NCBI GenBank assembly: GCA_965285935.1
Contig: OZ260667.1
Span: forward strand, 17,918,001-17,982,000
DNA: 64,000 nt
Direction of reading: 5' to 3'
Source of the DNA: Ophelia neglecta
Lineage: Eukaryota
The notes under the pieces were generated by a model that was not told where the DNA came from, searched no databases, and worked only from the letters and a program-made list of their open reading frames with translations. Each line of letters opens with the position of its first letter. The first letter of the stretch is position 1. Shown one piece after another: positions 39,701 to 53,200 of this stretch. The translations under genes and the position numbers were made by a program.

Positions 39701-41479
39701 ACATTATGCGACCAGGTGGGTATTTAGAGAGTTCTATCAATGTTAGGAAATTTTCTTGGTTAGGAGCAGCACAAAATATGTTAACTGCACTCCTAGCCTT
39801 CAGAGCAGAACACAAAATAATTCATTTTGTGTTAAATGATTTTTTTTCTTTCTTCTCTCTAATCACTACAGGTCCCTTACGTTTGAAAATAGTTTTGTGT
39901 AGCTGTCTGCTTTGTTTTGTTATTTGCACTGCCCAGAAATTGTTTATAGTGTGATCATATGATAGGGCATGTACAACTTTCTCTTGTCCTGCTCTTTTTG
40001 CTAAGTTTTTTCTCCTTTTATGTTTGTATTTACTGTAATATATAGTGTACTTGAGTCTATTACCATGGCAATAAGCACTTTGAACTTTAAGAATGAACAC
40101 GCGCAGCCAGCCATTTTTGCCACAGCGAATTGATTGGAACAGTTCTACTTTCAGAGCTTGGGTATAAATTGTATAATTCCAGGATAGTCATAACAATTTC
40201 TAATTAAGTAGCTTGCTGAAATATATAGTTGTTTCCTCCAATTAATTTACTCCTTTGCCTCATTCACTTATTAGAACAATTTAGTACTGTTAACTTATGA
40301 TCCTAGCGATCATGCCCTATGATCCACTGTACCTTATATATATGCTTTAATATAGATTCTTATGTACTAAATAGAAATCACAGTTTCATAGATTTCATTT
40401 ATAAATATCTGCCAAATCGGTAATGTAATCCCTTTATAAATCATATTCTAATTAAATTTTTAACTTTAGCTATATTTTAACATGATGTACATTCACATGG
40501 TTCTTTTTGTATTTTTATAGCTATTTTTATATAATTTACAGTGATACTTCTTTTAGGTTTTAATATTGCTAACATTTAACTAGTCTAAGGACAGTAGGCC
40601 TATACGTTGGTTCCACTAACAACAGCCTTAATTAATGACTTGTTGCAGGCTAACATACGAGTTAAAGTAGAAAGGGTGGGTTTTGAAATTCTGAGGAAGC
40701 TGGATGCTTTTTAATAGTGTGTCTCCGGCTATCACGCAGGAACACAGCACTCTAACGCTTGAAATACAGTCTCCAATTTAAGGAATAACAAAAAATTACA
40801 TCCGATGTATAAAGTTGTCGGGCCCGGTGGCAGAAAAGTCGCCCGAACTCAAAATGGTTGGATAAGAAGACCCTAGTGACGTCATAAGTCAGTGTTTTGC
40901 TACCGGAAGATAAAAGAAACCAGCATTTCCGGAGCGAATCTGTGATATGATAGGATTCCAAGAGCGGCGGACTTTTGAATACTTGGGGTAAGGGTTAGTG
41001 TATGTAGTCCGAGGAGGGGGGAGGGGTACAGTGGAGTTCCAGCCCGGAGACTCAAAAAGCTTTTACACCAGATTAATGATAATGAAATCAACGACAAACT
41101 GTCACACAAGCAAAGAGCATATATCAATTTGCATTAATGTCTGAACAAGAAAAAGGGTAGTAAAACAATTAGCAGACTTCGTGTCAGACTGCTGTTTTCT
41201 TCCCCCTTCATTTACGCTAATGATAATGGTCAGTTGGTCGGGGGCCGCGGACACATTTGTCAAGTGTTTGTTGGCAGAGTATGCGTGGAAACAGGTTGAA
41301 ATATACCTTGGATGTCTGTGGCTGGTAAGATTAAAGGTATTAATGGGACACATCTATCGGGTTTCTTTTGGAAATGACTGGTATCCAGTAGAAGTTCCAG
41401 GCCGGCATATGGCTATTATTGGACAGTCTATTATTATTCATGCAGTTAGGTTTGATCCTGGAATGTAGGTTACTTCCAT

Positions 41480-42290
41480 CAAATGAAGCAGAACGAGTTT
41501 TTATAAAAGCGAATTGGTATTGATTGGTAGGTGCGTGATGCCAGTAGTGCTATAGAATAGCGCCATGGTATCTGTCCTTCAAATGGAACAATGGCTGACA
41601 TTTATAAGTGTCCCCAGAAACACAGGAAAGGATTTATGATATTTTCAATTGGGGCGAGTTGCTATTCTATGGTGGATTCGGGCGTCGGAGATATGCTGTT
41701 AAATGACGCGGAAGCAGGCCGTTCTGGTCCCTACTCGCGGACTATACATGTTTACGGTCTAATAGTGACTTGTAAATCAATTTCACCATTCCCTCTTGAC
41801 AGACATAATCTAGATACAAATGTGCTTAATTCAATTTTTTTTGCTTCCACGTCGAGTCTCATGACCTTCCCTTCACGAGGACCTTAGCAGGTTGCTGAAG
41901 GGATCACGGTTTTGTTTATATTAAGTGGTGCTTAACCTGGAACCTACCGGCTGGGCAACCAATAAAATGTGGCGTGTTTATCGGTCTTATGCATGTCAAT
42001 TTATCCAAATATATGACTTTCTATTCGATTTTAACTTTCTAGTTGCGGATGCATCCGATCCCCTAAATGCTGACTGTAGATGTTTGTTCTCTGGACAGTC
42101 AACCGGAGATTGACGGGGAGAAGAGTGCCGCCCGGAAGTCTTATTGTACCTATGTCTACAATTTTTCCATCAGTCTATGAACTTTTGCCCATGTCCTGAG
42201 ACTTAATGTGGCACTGTCACAGCCTGAAGAGGGCCATTAAGACCAATACGTTTATTGCCATACATGGCTACTCGCTATCTTGGCAAAGAT
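41480..42290 (-). mobile_element. Degraded CR1-group LINE ORF2, RT motifs 4-7 and C-terminal region (distal half)
   Basis: Minus strand, in order across frameshifts: GNKRIGLNGP (cf. R.QRV.VNG), TNIYS (cf. DDTKIY), NINKTVI..KVLV..DSTWKQ (cf. KDLGV..DL.W), VKLIYKSLL (cf. KLLYKSLVRP), HRIATR (cf. QRRATR) and RTDTMALFY. Confidence 0.5.
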
Positions 42291-42609
42291 AGTCCTACAA
42301 AATCCAAAGAAATGATATCAGTATCTATAAGTAGCATACATAATATGGACCTCTCTGAAAAGGCCAAAAATCAATTTTAACATTTACTACCGTTATTTTA
42401 CCGAATTCCTTGGCAGCAACTCCCTGCTTGCCCTTGATTGACTTCGAGTGACAAATAATTGGATATTGATTTCTTTTAAGATTTATTTATCGATATCGGG
42501 TGATTTCATATGAACAGTATTTTCATATTTCTTGCCAAATTATGCCATATTGTATGGAAGTTAAGTTGTTTCCATGATGCTTCTTTAATTTTGCACATTC
42601 CTTTGCCAA

Positions 42610-43170
42610 AAAGATTGTGTGTCATTATGAGATACATATAGATATGATTATATCCTTGTGCATAAATACCTATCTGACTATCAAAATTTGCTGTGACCAG
42701 TGAACTCTGATGGGAGTTCATGGGTACCAGCAATATTACACTGATCCGCACTTGAATAAAACAATTTTGCAAGACTGTTACGAGTACTGATACTTTACCC
42801 TTTTGTTTAGAAAAACGAGGACACAGAATCAGCCTGGTGTTAGAAATGACATAGTGAACCTTGTGGCACTTAGCAACAATCGCTGAACAACAAACGCCAT
42901 TCCAAATGGAAACATTTTCTGCCATCATATGTCTCAATTTCACACTTTCAGCACTATGATGTGCTAATCGGAGGCAGTACCCATGTTTGCTTGGGCATGA
43001 GGGGAAGCAGCACGCCATGGCCCGTACCTTAGCTGTCCTCCATCTCGTTAGATGAATTACGGTAAGGAGAAAAGTGACAGTATTTTGTGCGCTAACTAGG
43101 CCTAAGGAGCTCATCCGTTCTGTCCATTCTGAAGTTGACTCCTGTCGGCCCATCAGCGGCTCCAAATTAC
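42610..43170 (-). mobile_element. Degraded Crypton-like tyrosine recombinase (DUF3504-type) fossil
   Basis: The 270-aa ORF carries SLGLVSAQNTVTFLLTVIHLTRWRTAKVRAM (cf. LG..TP..LQN.VFF....F.LRG..E.R.L). An alternate frame gives RNSLAKLF...AG...FTGHS (cf. G.NTL..M....AG...TNHS). The ORF frame then gives IYAQGY...LIMTH (cf. LY.AG....IM..TGH). The order is right but the motifs are eroded. Confidence 0.45.
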
Positions 43171-44029
43171 CCCGCTTGGATATTGATCTCCAGAACAATG
43201 CTTGTATACAGAGGTTTTCTAGATTGCCTGACTTGACAGGCATGACAAATAAACTAATTTGGGCTCTTCCCGATGTGGCTATTAGGCGACCTGTTTGAGG
43301 TAGGAAGTACATATTCAATCAAATTCTATTACAATACCATGACAGAAGAGCCGCCTTGCTAACTGCTGCAAAGGTGCAATTATGATAGTAATTGCATAGA
43401 GGCACCACCTGATCAAACACTTAAAAACGGCAAGTGTGCGGAACAATATCACAGAAGAAAGGAAATTTTTCTGCAGTTACTAGGATATGCCCATGGGAAA
43501 TCCCACAGTCTAAACACAAGTATGCTGAAATCCATTGGAACGACGGTTTAGTCAATTCCATTGAGCAAAAGCCTACAGCATTTAATGTTTAGTGAAAGGA
43601 AAACAATTATGGAGATTGTTATGGGAATGTGATACCGAATGCTCATTGATTCGCCGCATCCTAGCCGCCATCCTTTCTCACCTAGACGTACATACACGAA
43701 CAAACACACGGCCATCATTCATTAAAGATATTTAGTTTACTTACAAATATATCCTACTCGATTGCAAAATTATGTTGGGTTTATGTGAGATGAATTGTGA
43801 CAATCTTAATAAATTGCGAGTATTACACAGCATGTGGAGGTTTTCGATATCATTATTATTGTCAAAGCCTCTTTACTTCATCTTTGTTATAGCATCGTTT
43901 CTTTTCTGCCAAGCAGTTGTAAATTCTGTGGGCAAGTTAGGAGTCAGATAAAGTCCAGACGCTGGAGTATGCAGATAATCAGACATTTTTAAAGAATTGT
44001 CCATATCAACACTGCTGGTATTACCTTAA

Positions 44030-44540
44030 GGACGTCCACGCATCCATTTACAACCTATAACAGAGCCTTTATGTTTGACATTAATTGCAACAAGCCATAA
44101 ACCTCGACAGTGCGTCGAATGCTAGCTTTATCATGAATTGTGTAGATTCAATTTTGAACTGCATTCTTGTTTTTGCTAAACCCGACAAATCCCATAAACA
44201 TGGTTCGAGGACCGTTGCCGTTTTCACAATGTTGTACGTGAGACACCAACCGTCTGCCATTGTTTCCCGAACAGGTGCTGAAGCAAAACGCCACAACCGT
44301 AACCCTGGAGGGGGAGGATGGGTATGCCTTATAGAGACCGAGACCACCTTAGAGATTTCCATATACAATTGATGGTGTTGAAATATGTTGGTTGAAGCCG
44401 ATCAGATGCATTCCATGGAATGGTTTGCAAATTGACTGGCTTAATGCGGTCGTCGAGGTTTGAGCCTGGAGGAGAGACTTGGTTGTTCAAAATACCTAAT
44501 CTCTGTTGATGTACAGCAGCTAGGCTGCCAATTGTTTTCA
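44030..44540 (-). mobile_element. Degraded CR1-group LINE ORF2, RT motifs 1-3 (proximal half)
   Basis: Minus strand: IKPVNLQTIPWNASDRL (cf. YRPVSLTS.P.K..E), QHC..GPRT (cf. QHGF..RS), IKLAFDALS (cf. KAFD.V), GLLQLM and KWMR. Confidence 0.45.
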
Positions 44541-45124
44541 ATCTTTGAGGACTTCTTTCATAATGGCCCGTTGTTTTTCAAGGTCGTTTTTTTGCGGTCA
44601 ACTTAAATACTTTATTTTTGTTCTATAAAAAATTGATCATTATCTTTATGCAAAGAAAATAAAGCACTGGTGTAATTGTCACTGCTTCTGCCTTTATAAC
44701 TCTAAAAAATATATTCGAGAGAAATATAGAATTTCATAGGACAATCATACAATTAATTCGAATTTCTAGACTTTTGGTGTCTAACATGTAATTCGATTGC
44801 ATTATGTGGATGTACAATACTTCTTGGTTGTCGTTAATAAAACATGGCATTTCATATTAGAGTTTCAGCACATAGTTCTTCGGACTCGAGGAATACAACT
44901 GACATACCAGTCATGTGAAAACTTGACAAAGTTATAGAAATATTGTCGAATCATGGAATAAAGTCACACAACAATCTCAATATTGGGGACAAGCAAAAAA
45001 AAAGATCTGGTATACACTGCTGTTGAGGGATTCCTGCAATGACATCAGCGAATCGTAAGGAAAGTTTAAATAAATCAACTGAATTGTCACTTTCATTTGT
45101 TTTTACTTAAGTTGCTGAACATTG

Positions 45125-45605
45125 GCAATGTACTGAACAGATAGTGACTTTGCCCGTAGGTCAGAGCATCGGCGATGTCGTCTAGTTTTTTATCCTCTGT
45201 GTCAGTTAACTGGTGTCTGCAGTACTTTGAGGTTCAGTATTTGTTTAGGTTCTTGATCGAAATTCGAAAGTCTTGTTCGGCAAAGTGCAGACACAGCCGC
45301 TGTGAAATGTCTGGTTTAGCGGGTCCGTTCACTGTGGATAGGCAATCGATTTGCGAGCGAAGTTTATAAGATTCTCAGCGCTTCGTGTTTTTTGGTTCAC
45401 TTTTCCAACTTTTCATTCCCTTCTCGGGTGGGTTCCCGTGCCGAAATTACTGAAACTGGAAAAACTTTATCATGGCCAGTCTTCGATTCGAAAACATGCT
45501 TTATCTTAGCAGCGCTCGCTCGGGTGGCAATATGAGGGAAGCTATTCTTCTGTTGGTATTGAACAGGCGGAATACGATACATAAAAAATCAACTAACATT
45601 TCGAA
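45125..45605 (-). mobile_element. Second putative tyrosine-recombinase-like fossil, of a different type from 42610-43170
   Basis: One frame with several stops: FEMLVDFLCIVFRLFNTNRRIASLIL (cf. RD.L.....NA.R.G), then TVNGPAKPDISQRLCLHF...ISIKNLNKY*TS (cf. T..G....IS..L.....T.LRK...T) and LDDIADALTYGQS (cf. LA..M.HS..T). Motif recall only. Confidence 0.3.
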
Positions 45606-48600
45606 AAGAGGACTATGCCTTGTAACGAGCATGTCAAAACGGCGGGGCTCCTGTTGCAGGGGAGCCTATCCTATGCTGCTCGCGACTGCAAATCGCCTAC
45701 AGGCAGCGCCACCGTCTAGCATAATCATGATGTTACAATCATATAAATTGGTGAGATTTTGGGAGAGTCGTTGATATCATTTTTATCTTTACGAACGAAG
45801 ATGTCCCTTTATATGTCCGGTACCTAAAATTTATCAATGCTCATAGTTTGAGGTAAACGCAGAAAGTGCAAAATCATGAATTATTAATCCTATGTATATA
45901 TCTGGAACGTGAAGGAATGGTTTGCTGCAGACCAACAATCATAATTACTAATACCCTAACTTCGGAAATGCTGGTATTGATTTCATTGTTAATATAATTA
46001 ATTTGATATGTATTGCAATGATCACAAGGGTATTGAGGAATGGAAAGAGAACATTGACAAATGACATTGAAAGAGTTCTTTGTATCGTCACAACTGCATC
46101 GCATTTCTACGGCATAACGCACATTGCCTATTATTGTACGCACATCACGAATTTATTACGACAGAACGATTCGGTCGAGGTCCCCTGTCAAGGCCCACAT
46201 TCTTTACCTCAATCAAGTTGTGGTGATTAGTAAACTGTTTTCCATTTTCAAATCCAAGCACAATGCTGACCGGTCAGGGGTCAACGTATGACCCAGATGA
46301 ATTTGCCCTAGGAGAGTCTATGCGGGGCTAAGCTCTGTCATAACTGTGACTCTACCTCCATCCAAATTACTTCTAATTGGAAATGACTGAAGGTGACATA
46401 AATATATTATAACTGAAATTTTTTTACACGAAAAGCCTATAAGGACGGAGATGATACTTAAAAAAAAAACAAAAAAAAATTGCAGTGATCCTCTGGACGG
46501 GGGAGGATAACTATAGGAAAATGGCTTCCAAAGGGTTCCATAAATGAAACCGGTGTATACTATGAAATGGGATGACTAAAAAGTCAGGCTATCAGAACCA
46601 GGTGAATTCATAAAACAATAACTTTATTGCCGTGAATAATATTACTCCGGTACTCCAGTGAACAAAAACCAATCCAAATGGGACTTCCTGTTCAAACACA
46701 AACATATACGGGAGTGGATATCAGGTAAACAAAGACGAATCATCCGTTAATAACAGTCAATCCCCAGCTCCCAACCAGTAAATAAAAATAAAATAACTAA
46801 ATAAAACATTCCAAAATCTAATATTTATATCACTGGCAATAAATAGGCTTTTTTAACCGGCAAGGCTTTATGAGAAAGAATTGGTACGTCATTTCATGGC
46901 GTCAGTCATCAAGATATTCTGACGTGCCACCGACTAATTCCAAATGGAACAAACATTGGACCCATGAAGACGAAGAAAAGCTTGTGTATATAGTTTTTCC
47001 GTAGAAAAAGAAGTATGGCACCATATGATAAAGGTGATTGCACTATTTAGTGGCTGCAAAATGACATTATCAGCTTGAAGTTAAAAAAGACCAATATATA
47101 ACATTCATATGCACGAAATGAATTAATGGAAGCCATGGAAAACCTGCAAGTGGCCTTTTTTTTTACTACAGTCAAGTGGTTATTACGCACATGCGAGTAA
47201 GGTGAGGGTGTGCGTGTGTGTTGGTATGGGTGTGTATGGGAAAATATATGGGTTGATTTTTCATTTCATTTCCTTTTTTCTTCTTTTCATTGGTGCATAC
47301 CTGCCTGTCTTTCCTAACATCTGTGTTTTAAAACGATAAGAAATATACAGTGGTATAATTTTTACGATACATGTTCGCCTCCACTGCTGCCGCGGACCTA
47401 CCATTTGCATTTGTATGGGTATCATCGGCGTTTTATATCTCTTCTTTTATTACAACATGCCAGGGCTGCCAACAGTTTATATAATATCATACCCAACAGC
47501 GTAAACTTGCTTCAGTGATTTATCTTTCAGGCAATTTATTTGTTTTATATTTTTGTTTTATTGTCTTTTAGATATTATGTCTCAGCTTTCTTTTTGTGTG
47601 GTCTTTCAGACCTTTATATGATTTCATTAATGTAGTTTTATTTTTTAGGGACATGATTTGTATTTAATGTTATATTCCGGGGGTTCATTATCGTTGTAAT
47701 AAAATCAGTTTGACGGGTATCAGGGTCCTGATTTCAGCTCCTACATTATTTTCAACAGTCGATTATAGTGATATATTCTGACAGTCCTAAAATACGTATG
47801 ATTAAATGGACTGACACAAAATAAGTGTGCTAATGTGGGAAGAACTTTAGAATTGCCTCAAATTACAAATATCGCCGCTTTCATTAATGTGTTGCTCTTG
47901 AATTCTGACGATGGCTTTATTTGGAGAATAGGGCAAATAATCATATATTAAAATCCCACACGAAAATCAGCCTTTCATTGGTTTACTGATAATATCAAAG
48001 TCATATTCATAATTCATATGCATTATCTGATGCTTATCATGTGTATTCTAAAGCTAAACCTCTTAACAAACCCGGAACGCAGCGATTCTTTATTTATCTT
48101 GCATAGTAAGGTCATTGTAAAATTCATATTCACACGTATCATCTTAAAGATTGGCTCAGAATCTCAATCGTAATAAATACTTGCTACAATAAAACCTTAA
48201 GCCAGTATTAGCTGATTTGACCGTCAAATATATTTAGCCCTCTATCACACTTCTAGGCCCCTTATGATGCAAATCGCATAGTTTCCTATAGACGCCCAAT
48301 TTTTTTAAAAAGTCCAACCTCTAACAATAAAGTCATAAATCAACGTTGTGTGAGGCGTTTTCGAAAATGTGGGTCAACGTCAAATGTATGAGTGCCATCG
48401 GATGGATTTCTTCAATAAGTGGTTGCGAAAAACGGAAAACGTTCGGTCGCAGGGTGGCACTAAGAAAATGGTTAGTTCATTAATTTTATTAGAAAGTTTC
48501 AAAGCGGCCTTCCTTTCCCCATATTCTGGTTTACGTGAATATGATTGATTGAATTTGGGCCAAGCTTAATAAGAATGCTTATTTGATTAGATAAATGAGC

Positions 48601-48749
48601 AGTTTCCAAATCCAAATAGAGTTTATTTGGGTCGCAAGTTGCCTTCAGGTTTACAGAACCTACTTATCCTACCCGCAAGAAGGCGGTCATGATCCTAAAT
48701 AATTAAAAATATCCAGTGAGTAGAATTCAGCACATCAGTGTTTTCTGTT

Positions 48750-49860
48750 TGTTATCTCACATTGCCGAGATACATTTATATCTGCGGATTTCCGGATCGA
48801 GGGGCCGGTTGGAGAACAAGCAATGGCTTCCGACAACATACCTACTACCTTATCTCGTATGTGTTTGAGGACGAGTTAACTATCTTCTCTCTAGCCTGAT
48901 ATGAGAGGCAACTGCGTGGCCGGATGTCCTTCGGGCAAACCGATATACCATTCACTATCTTAATGAAACATGAAGCTGGGCCGCATCATTACCGATATAC
49001 CTTTAAAACAAACTAGGTCACAAGTTCCATATATGTTCATCTATATTAGAATCTTAATGTGTGCTCGCCCTTTATTGATGTCACTTTATACTTTTAGCCC
49101 CAATATCGTGAAACAAGAGCTGAATTGGCCGCTCTTCCCCTAAAAGCAGCAGACCTTACATCACTTTTCAAAACCGCCATGAAGCAGTTCACCATCCACC
49201 AAAAATTCGTGTCTCCCTTTTCAAATCCATACCGGATGCCACGCCTCCTTATTAGCCAGGCCAGAGCCAACAAGAATTGCATTAAATTCTTCCACAGGAC
49301 AATACCTTTGTGACTTATCAACCTGGGATCCTAGCTAGTAACCCCTCCTTCGACATTTCTTGAGGGAGATGACTTCAAGACTTGAACGTGCCCATAAACT
49401 GATGAAGAAATTAATATTTTATCTCTTACACCATTGTCTTGGTCAATTATCAGGTAAAAACAGACATTTATCTAAAATATTCAAATTAAGTGGCTGCTCT
49501 CTGGAGTATATGTAATTTAAACTTCCTCCGCTATATACCTGCACACCACCGGTTTTCTAAGAATCATATTATGCTTTCCCTATTAGGAAAGAACAAGTCC
49601 ATTCAAAGAAACCTTTGCACAAATGAAAACCACCTCTGCTATCTTCTCTATGGCGGCCAACGAATACCTTACTAATTAATAGAAGGAAGCCCTTCGTAAT
49701 TATTTCGTTTCACTGCAGCCCTTTTAATGATCCAAACTCATTTGCGAGTACACCAGTGGAGATTCCGCCTACATTGAGAGTGAAACCAAGCGACGGAGAT
49801 AAGCCTACTGCTCAGCTTTAAAACGTCCTTCTCGAGCATAACACTATTGAGATTCAATTC
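48750..49860 (-). mobile_element. Possible degraded LINE ORF1 and start of the endonuclease
   Basis: Minus strand QCRRNL (cf. SRR.NL), HEFLVDGELL (cf. KL.VDG at the ORF1 end) and DKVVGMLSEA (cf. DII.LSET), in the expected order. Confidence 0.25.
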
Positions 49861-50278
49861 GTCAAACTCGCATTTAAAGAAAAAACAATTAACCCTAAAT
49901 AAGGTGAATGCTGTGTATCCGAAGTTTACATTTAATTTGTCTTAGCCTACATTTTAAAAGTTTAATTCTAACATAATTAGCTTTGTTCTATTATAGTTTA
50001 GTATTGCACTTTGTATGTTTATTCTTTCCCTGATTTAGAAGCAACATCGCATTAGTGTGCGACAACGATGCAACCTCATTGGAAAGACCATCGTTACGCC
50101 TAATTTGCTATTTTAGTAAAAAAAAATTAAGCAATAATTTGGTTGGCATAGTGATTTGGCTCCGAATGCTTATAATTAGTGAAATTATCACTCTCACCAT
50201 AATTACAGGATTAAACTTCAATAATTATGTAGCAATACATGTGTGCACATAGGACGTCTTATTTCTAGACTAAATAAA

Positions 50279-53200
50279 TGTCTAAATATACAAATGCACG
50301 ATAGTTGCATTTATGGTTCTAACACTGTTTGAGAAGACATTATATACATTGATGATACTGCTCAAAGCGCAATAAATAGCCCAACAAGACACACATGAAG
50401 GGGAACATTTAATTCGAATTTTTTCATATCACAGACTAGCGAACCTTGAAAACCTATTTGTTAAATGACACAAGCATAATTACTCGTATTAAGTAATTTG
50501 AGAAGTTGTTCATGATTTTCTCGAGACATCAATAATGGGTGTACATGGGCTGTTGACTTGACAATGACGATATAATGCCTGAAAACCAATATATTGTTGG
50601 AACTTTAACATTTACAGTAGGTTATTAACCATTCTCCAGGCACTCCTCTGGGATGCAAATGTTGATTGCTATTTCCTTGATGAGACACAAAGAACATTAA
50701 GTATTTATCAAAGTTCATACAGTCCCTCTAATCAGAACCTTAAGACAAGATTTATTGAGAGAAATCATTCTTAATGTATAAGCATGACACGCACCTAGAC
50801 TCAAAAAAGTTACTTCCATTCCAGACAGTCAGCACTGTCACTACAATTTGACGTCGACTCAACTTCGACCTCACTAAAACTGGGAGTCCACTTGATAAAT
50901 GTCATGAAAAGGACATATTAAGGCACACCTATATTTCATTCATTCGGTAAAGGCTGGAGCTGTCAAAATTCAAACCATTCCCTCGTTATTCATGTGTGTT
51001 TTTTATCACTTTGGGAAAATTCATACACGTAGACACCAGGATTCTTTGGAATTGACGGTAGAACATGACCCCGGTAAAATGAGTCAATGTGGAACGTAAA
51101 CAGACTTAGACGGTGCGTTAAACACGACAGGTCTCCCTTATGTCTTTAATAAAGCTCCTATTGCGTTGGAGCTTTTTACCTTAGAGAAGGCGTCGATGAG
51201 GAAGTAGAACAATTTGAATTTTGCTTCCTTAATTCAATAATGGAAATCCAATCAAACAAAATTGCTTTAATGATTTCTATATTATATCATCACGAAATAA
51301 ACAAGAAAAATGTTGGACTCCATCAAAATGTTCTAACCCCCTAACCTATTCTATTGTAGCTTTAGATATCATTAGGTGTATACACATCAGCCCTAACAGT
51401 TTATTGAACCTACACTTAACTGATCCAAAAATGGGCCTGTAGCGTGTGTATAGTGTTTTTTTCTACTAATGCACCTTTAATTGAAGACGCACGTTTCTCA
51501 AAATAGCCATTTGTAAAACATGAGCACTGGTAGCACATGATATTCAAAGCAGACAGCCGTGTAATAAAGATGCTCATTATCACTAGATTGTGTGATTTTT
51601 TAACAGCGTGTCTCAGACGGTTTCCAATACATACCCATTTTTCACCAGACTGCATCAAAATTAAAAGTAATACAAACATGAAATAAAATTTTAATGATAT
51701 TACTTGCGTTTGAAATGCCAGGTAAGATATTACTTTTTGAAATTTATCTCACTGTATCAATAACTGTATAAACTAGATTTGCAATTATTATTTTTTAGAT
51801 CCAATTCTTTTCGCTTTCTAATGTCATGAGTATATTTCTAGAACATTCAGATTAAAAAGTATTCATATGAGAAATGATACATTAGATGTAATTCAATCTA
51901 CTATGAATGCAGGCTGCGGGACTGTTGATTCTCATATAATGGTGTAAATAAAATCAGATTAGCTAAACATTAGCTGCAATAACAAACTTTTGCACACCTG
52001 TACCGTGGTACTGATTTATTCCATAAAAGTTTATATAATGTATATATAAATCGCAATTATGATGTCCAACGTAACTCCATGAAAATTACTCCAATGCGAT
52101 CAAAAGTTATTTTAACAGAAAGAACGCAGGCTTATTCAGTATAGTTTCTTATATCTTATTTTTAATGTCTGCCTGCTGGATATATGTAAACATGAACATT
52201 GCTTCATGTAATTATAGCAGCCATCAAAATTATTAAAGATTTTCAACCTTTAAAGATAAGGTAAGTGTTTGCTTATGATGGAGCGGTGTTAATAACTCTT
52301 TTAATATGTTTTTGTAACTTAGAAATAATAAATAAGTATGTATTTACCCATACTACTATGTAATAGATTAAATGTCGATAGATAAAATAATTATAAAGGG
52401 TAAGTAAAGTGCCTAAGTGGTCTCCTAGATTTGCATATGATAACAATACCATTTGAAATGCCATTTTTGTTGATTTTTTGTTTTCAGATCATGACATTTT
52501 TTGGGCAATAGTCCTTCCCAAAACTCGTTTAATACATTTGTCATTGACAACTAAGTACACACCTGGAATTACACGTTTTTAAGCTGTATACCATAATTAT
52601 GATGAGTTGTCTTAATATTTCACGAAAGCTTGTTGACTTGTAATCAGTTTGTAATACTTCCAAGTTCAAGATTGTCATTTCAACTAAATGAGTGACTTTT
52701 TTCCACATACTAAAAAATAATGTTTTCAACTGCAAATTATATGGGGAATATGATAGAATCCACTTAACCATGTCATTAATATGGATTAAAAACAACAGAG
52801 GTCCTAAAATGGAACCTTGTGGCCCTCCATACGTAGTAGTAACATAAGACTCAGTAAAGAAATTATTTTTGATGATACCGATTGTTTCTTTTTATGAAGA
52901 TAAATGGTCAGCCATACCTATACAATTATCAAATAAAATTTTGCAACATACAGTGTCAAAATCTTGACTGAAATAGAGAAAAACCCCTAAACCATATCAA
53001 CATTGTTCAGAGCTTCCATAACGGTTTACAGTATTCAATCAAAGCCATTTAGGTGCTTTGCTTTTCCAAAAACTAAATTTTATATTTACAAAAAAAAAAT
53101 GTTTGTTATCTTTAATTGATAATTCAAACCTGTTATACAAGTTAAAGTATTTCCGAAAATACGGGTAGCACAGACATTGACATTGAGTTCATTGGGAACC

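Noticed and set aside
42506-43318. 270-aa ORF as an intact functional gene
   Set aside because: It has a non-ATG start, and the recombinase-like motifs are split between frames, so it is better explained as a decayed element.
51151-51175. Hairpin AAAGCTCC-N9-GGAGCTTT followed by Ts, resembling a bacterial intrinsic terminator
   Set aside because: The context is eukaryotic, there is no upstream gene, and the stem is short enough to occur by chance.
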